A DNA stretch of 64,000 nt from Arcobacteraceae bacterium (GTDB lineage: Bacteria > Campylobacterota > Campylobacteria > Campylobacterales > Arcobacteraceae): NCBI GenBank assembly GCA_965224485.1, contig CBDCZH010000016.1, positions 224,001-288,000 on the forward strand, in the 5' to 3' direction. The translations under genes were made by a program, and so were the position numbers. The notes below the pieces were generated by a model that did not search any database, was not told where the DNA came from, and was given only the letters and a program-made list of their open reading frames with translations. Every line of letters starts with the position of its first letter. Within the stretch, counting starts at the first letter, position 1. Shown here in pieces: positions 60,669 through 64,000 of this stretch.

Positions 60669-61736
60669 TTGCAATCAATATACGACTACACATTAGATGA
60701 ATTAAAAGAAAAATTAAAACCAAGTTTTAGAGCTAAACAAGTTTATGACTGGATATATAAAAAGTATGCTTCCTCATATGATGAAATGAAAAATATACCA
60801 AAAGATTTATTAAATGATTTAAAAGAAAACTATACTTTAAATTTATTAAAAATGGTTAAAAAAGAAGAAAGTACTGATGGTAGTATTAAGTATCTTTTTG
60901 CACTTCATGATGGAATTACTGTTGAGGCAGTTTTATTACTTATGAGTAAAAAAAGATACCATGAAGATGGAGCAGTTGAGCGAACTGAGAAGTATACTGT
61001 TTGTATATCTACGCAAGTTGGCTGTAAGGTTGGCTGTACTTTTTGTCTTACTGCAAAAGGTGGTTTTGTAAGAAACTTAAGTGTAGGAGAGATTGTAGCT
61101 CAAATCGTTGAGATCAAAAGAGACAACAATATACCTGAGAATAAATCTCTTAATATTGTATATATGGGAATGGGTGAACCTTTAGATAATTATAAAAACT
61201 TTGTTCATTCAGTTAAAATATTTTCTCAAGAAGATGGTTTAAGTATTAATAAAAGAAGAATAACTGTATCAACTTCTGGTATATCTTCAAAGATTAAAAA
61301 ACTAGGAGAGGAAGACTTAGGTATTCAATTAGCTATATCTTTACATGCTGTTGATGATGAACTTAGAAGTGAATTGATTCCCATGAATAAAGCTTATAAT
61401 ATTCAATCAATTATAGATGCAGTAAAAAGTTTCCCTATTGATGCTAGAAAAAAAGTTATGTTTGAATATCTTGTTATAAAAGATAAAAATGATGGTTTAG
61501 ATTCTGCTAAAAAGTTATTGCAATTATTAGATGGTATTAAAGCAAAGGTGAATTTAATATATTTTAATCCTTATCCTGGAACTACATATAAAAGACCACA
61601 AAGTAAGGATATGGTAATATTTCAAGAATATTTAACAAGCAGAGGTTTACTTTGTACAATAAGAGAGTCTAAAGGTTTGGATATCTCTGCTGCTTGTGGA
61701 CAATTAAAAGAGAAGGAAAATGATGGGAACTCTTGA
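60669..61736 (+). CDS. rlmN: 23S rRNA m2A2503/tRNA methyltransferase RlmN
   Basis: CKVGCTFC radical-SAM motif, MGMGEPL, ISLHA, AACGQL. Confidence 0.97.
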   Translation: MQSIYDYTLDELKEKLKPSFRAKQVYDWIYKKYASSYDEMKNIPKDLLNDLKENYTLNLLKMVKKEESTDGSIKYLFALHDGITVEAVLLLMSKKRYHEDGAVERTEKYTVCISTQVGCKVGCTFCLTAKGGFVRNLSVGEIVAQIVEIKRDNNIPENKSLNIVYMGMGEPLDNYKNFVHSVKIFSQEDGLSINKRRITVSTSGISSKIKKLGEEDLGIQLAISLHAVDDELRSELIPMNKAYNIQSIIDAVKSFPIDARKKVMFEYLVIKDKNDGLDSAKKLLQLLDGIKAKVNLIYFNPYPGTTYKRPQSKDMVIFQEYLTSRGLLCTIRESKGLDISAACGQLKEKENDGNS

Positions 61737-61821
61737 GTATGTATTATTAGGATTTATTTTACTAGTAGTGGTGGTTTCAGCAATTGGATTTTTAAAAAGT
61801 TATAAAAATAAGGAAGATTAA
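61723..61821 (+). CDS. Unannotated 32-aa single-pass membrane protein
   Basis: MGTLEYVLLGFILLVVVVSAIGFLKSYKNKED; AAGGA at 61713-61717; stop overlaps the gltX start (TAATG). Confidence 0.7.
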   Translation: MGTLEYVLLGFILLVVVVSAIGFLKSYKNKED

Positions 61822-63224
61822 TGGCAATTACAAGATTTGCACCAAGCCCAACAGGTTATTTACATATAGGTGGATTAAGAACAGCACTTTATAGTTATTT
61901 ATGGGCTAGAAAAACAGCAGGTGAGTTTAAACTTAGAATTGAGGATACAGATACAGCAAGAAACAATGATGAAGCTATGAAGGCTATTATTGAAGCATTT
62001 GACTGGGTTGGTTTATCTTATGATGGTGAAGTTGAATATCAATCCAAAAGAAGTGAAATATACACAAAATATATTAATCAGCTTTTAGAAGAAGGTAAGG
62101 CATATAAGTGTTATATGAGTAAAGAAGAATTAGATGCTTTAAGAGAAGAGCAAACTTTAAATAAACAAACTCCTAGATATGATGGAAGATACAGAGACTT
62201 TACAGGAACACCACCTGATGGAGTTAACCCAGTTATAAGAATTAAAGCTCCAGTAGAAGGTGATATTTTATTTCATGATGGCGTTAAAGGAGATATGAAA
62301 TTTGCAGCAAGCGAAGTTGATGATTTTGTAATTGCAAGAAGTAATGGCAATCCTACGTATAATTTTGTTGTGGCTATTGATGATGCTTTAATGGGTATGA
62401 CTGATATTATAAGAGGTGATGATCACTTAACTAATACTCCAAAACAAATTGTTATTTACAATCATTTAGGTTTTGATATTCCAAAATTTGCTCATGTTCC
62501 TATGATCAATAATCCAAGTGGAAAGAAACTATCTAAAAGAGATGGGGCTATGGATGTAATGGATTATAAAAGAAAAGGATATTTACCCGAAGCATTATTA
62601 AACTTTCTTGTGCGTCTTGGTTGGTCAAATGGAGATCAAGAAATTTTTTCTATGGATGAAATGTTAGAACTGTTTGATCCAAAAAATATTAATAAATCTG
62701 CTTCTGCTTATAATGAAGAAAAACTATTATGGTTAAATTCTCACTATATTAAAAATGTATCTAATGAAAGATTAGCAAAAGAGCTAGAAGATTTTGATAT
62801 GTTTCTTAAAGACCATGATAAAAAAGAAATCATCCTTGATTTATCAAAAGAAAGAGCTCAAACTATCGTTGAACTTAAAGATGCAATTAAAAATATTTTA
62901 GATGTACCTAAAGAGTATGATAAAAAAGGGGTAAAGAAGTTTATCAAGGAAAATACACTTGATATGTTAAAATCTTATATAAAAACCTTAGAAGATAAAA
63001 AAGAAACTTTACATTTAGCTTGTGATTATGAACTTTTAACAAAACCTTTTATTCAAGATAATGAATTAAAATTCCCTCAAGTTTTTCAACCTATTAGAAT
63101 AGCTTTAACAGGTGGAACACAAGCACCTTCTGTTTATGATATTCAATCAGTACTAGGTTTTGATGAATTCAAAAAAAGATTAGAAACAGCAATTGAAATT
63201 AATTTTGGAAAAGAAGAAGTTTAA
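61821..63224 (+). CDS. gltX: Glutamate--tRNA ligase
   Basis: RFAPSPTGYLHIGG, LRIEDTD, IRGDDH, KKLSKR. Confidence 0.97.
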   Translation: MAITRFAPSPTGYLHIGGLRTALYSYLWARKTAGEFKLRIEDTDTARNNDEAMKAIIEAFDWVGLSYDGEVEYQSKRSEIYTKYINQLLEEGKAYKCYMSKEELDALREEQTLNKQTPRYDGRYRDFTGTPPDGVNPVIRIKAPVEGDILFHDGVKGDMKFAASEVDDFVIARSNGNPTYNFVVAIDDALMGMTDIIRGDDHLTNTPKQIVIYNHLGFDIPKFAHVPMINNPSGKKLSKRDGAMDVMDYKRKGYLPEALLNFLVRLGWSNGDQEIFSMDEMLELFDPKNINKSASAYNEEKLLWLNSHYIKNVSNERLAKELEDFDMFLKDHDKKEIILDLSKERAQTIVELKDAIKNILDVPKEYDKKGVKKFIKENTLDMLKSYIKTLEDKKETLHLACDYELLTKPFIQDNELKFPQVFQPIRIALTGGTQAPSVYDIQSVLGFDEFKKRLETAIEINFGKEEV

Positions 63225-63254
63225 TTATACTTAATAATAATAATATTTGTTATT

Positions 63255-63290
63255 AAAAAGCTCTTTATTAAATTTAAAGGGCTTTTTTTT
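63255..63290 (+). terminator. Terminator after gltX
   Basis: aaaaagctcttta/taaagggcttttt hairpin with T tract. Confidence 0.7.
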
Positions 63291-63460
63291 TATATAAAAA
63301 TACAATTTACTTAAAGAAGTCTATATAATCATTTTAATGCGTACTAGAGCAATAGTTCCTAAATTTAGAACTTTACTATGGATTAAAAAGACAAAAGCCC
63401 TAAAATCCACCAAGTACTAAGATAAAAACCTAAAACCTAAAAACTTCCAACATTCAAAAC

Positions 63461-63916
63461 TCACTTCTTTCCATTCATATGATTTTCATAAACATCGCTG
63501 GATCCATCATTATTTATACTTAGAACATTATATGGGTGGATTATTCCATCTTGTTCCATACCAGGACTACCAAGTGGCATACCTCTTACAGTAAGACCTT
63601 TGATATTTGGTTTTTCCTTAAGCATTTTTTTAATAGCCGAATAATCAACATGACCACTGATTACATAAGAATCTGTAATTGCTGTATGACAAGATGAATT
63701 TTGTGCAGAGATGCCTAGTTTTTTGTTTATATTCATAACATTATCAACTAAAACAACTTTTACATCAAAACCTTTTTCTTTCATTAAATCAATCCATGCA
63801 GTACAACATCCACAATAAGGTGATTTATAAACAGTCATGGATTTTTCAGACATTGCAAAAAGAGAACTAGTTAAAATCATTAGTGTAATAATTATTTTTT
63901 TAATACCCAGTTTCAT
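63461..63916 (-). CDS. DUF411 (CopG-like) periplasmic metal-binding protein
   Basis: Signal peptide, YKSPYCGCC, SCHTA, GHV, GMPLGSPGME; start MKLGIKK at 63916 after AAGGA. Confidence 0.88.
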   Translation of the reverse strand: MKLGIKKIIITLMILTSSLFAMSEKSMTVYKSPYCGCCTAWIDLMKEKGFDVKVVLVDNVMNINKKLGISAQNSSCHTAITDSYVISGHVDYSAIKKMLKEKPNIKGLTVRGMPLGSPGMEQDGIIHPYNVLSINNDGSSDVYENHMNGKK

Positions 63917-64000
63917 TTCTTGTTTCCTTGTAAATTGTATTTTTAATTTCATTATATTGTTGCAAAGATATTTCACCTTTTGAAAAACGCATTTTTAAAA

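Noticed and set aside
61723..61821. Small ORF as an Flp pilin (G..EY motif)
   Set aside because: Glu is at +3 rather than +5 after Gly, there is no leader peptide and no tad genes are nearby
63300..63460. Purine/pyrimidine-skewed spacer with aaaacct repeats after the DUF411 gene
   Set aside because: Only very short ORFs, and no convincing structure or terminal repeats
1..64000. Mobile elements, prophage, defence systems, rRNA/tRNA
   Set aside because: No transposase, integrase, phage, cas or restriction-modification motifs among the ORFs, and no GC-rich structured-RNA segment in the short intergenic regions

Overview
A very AT-rich chromosomal window from a Campylobacterota bacterium, most likely Arcobacteraceae. 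This is inferred from the gene set and order (rsmA-rnj-kdsD-rluB-rarA, gatB-gpsA), the many HQW(R/K)QPL-type histidine kinases and the monoheme TorC/TorA pair. Two parS palindromes (54831, 60397) suggest it lies near the replication origin. Housekeeping genes: pgm/pmm, proA, trxA, gpsA, gatB, accBC, DEAD helicase, rarA, rluB, kdsD, rnj, rsmA, hisF, rlmN, gltX. Accessory content: a lactate-utilisation cluster (lutABC, TCS, TRAP transporter, Fe-S D-lactate dehydrogenase), a Tat-exported S/N-oxide reductase with its own dCache kinase and OmpR regulator, two Cys-containing HxlR regulators around an AcuI/YhdH reductase, a variant di-heme peroxidase coupled to a PAS kinase, an anchor-less FrdAB-like pair, and a PIN-PhoH protein. 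I found no rRNA, tRNA, IS element, prophage or CRISPR array. Most interesting: (i) an amino-acid-motif dCache kinase upstream of a Tyr-type sulfoxide reductase, a possible methionine-sulfoxide sensing/respiration system; (ii) a peroxidase homologue lacking the bridging Trp, translationally coupled to a kinase, a possible heme sensor; (iii) a switch-like structured leader on the DEAD-box helicase; (iv) a shared 11-bp tandem-repeat promoter architecture next to three OmpR systems; (v) an unannotated 32-aa membrane protein and an apparent ATC start codon. Four single-base indels in conserved genes probably reflect sequencing error.
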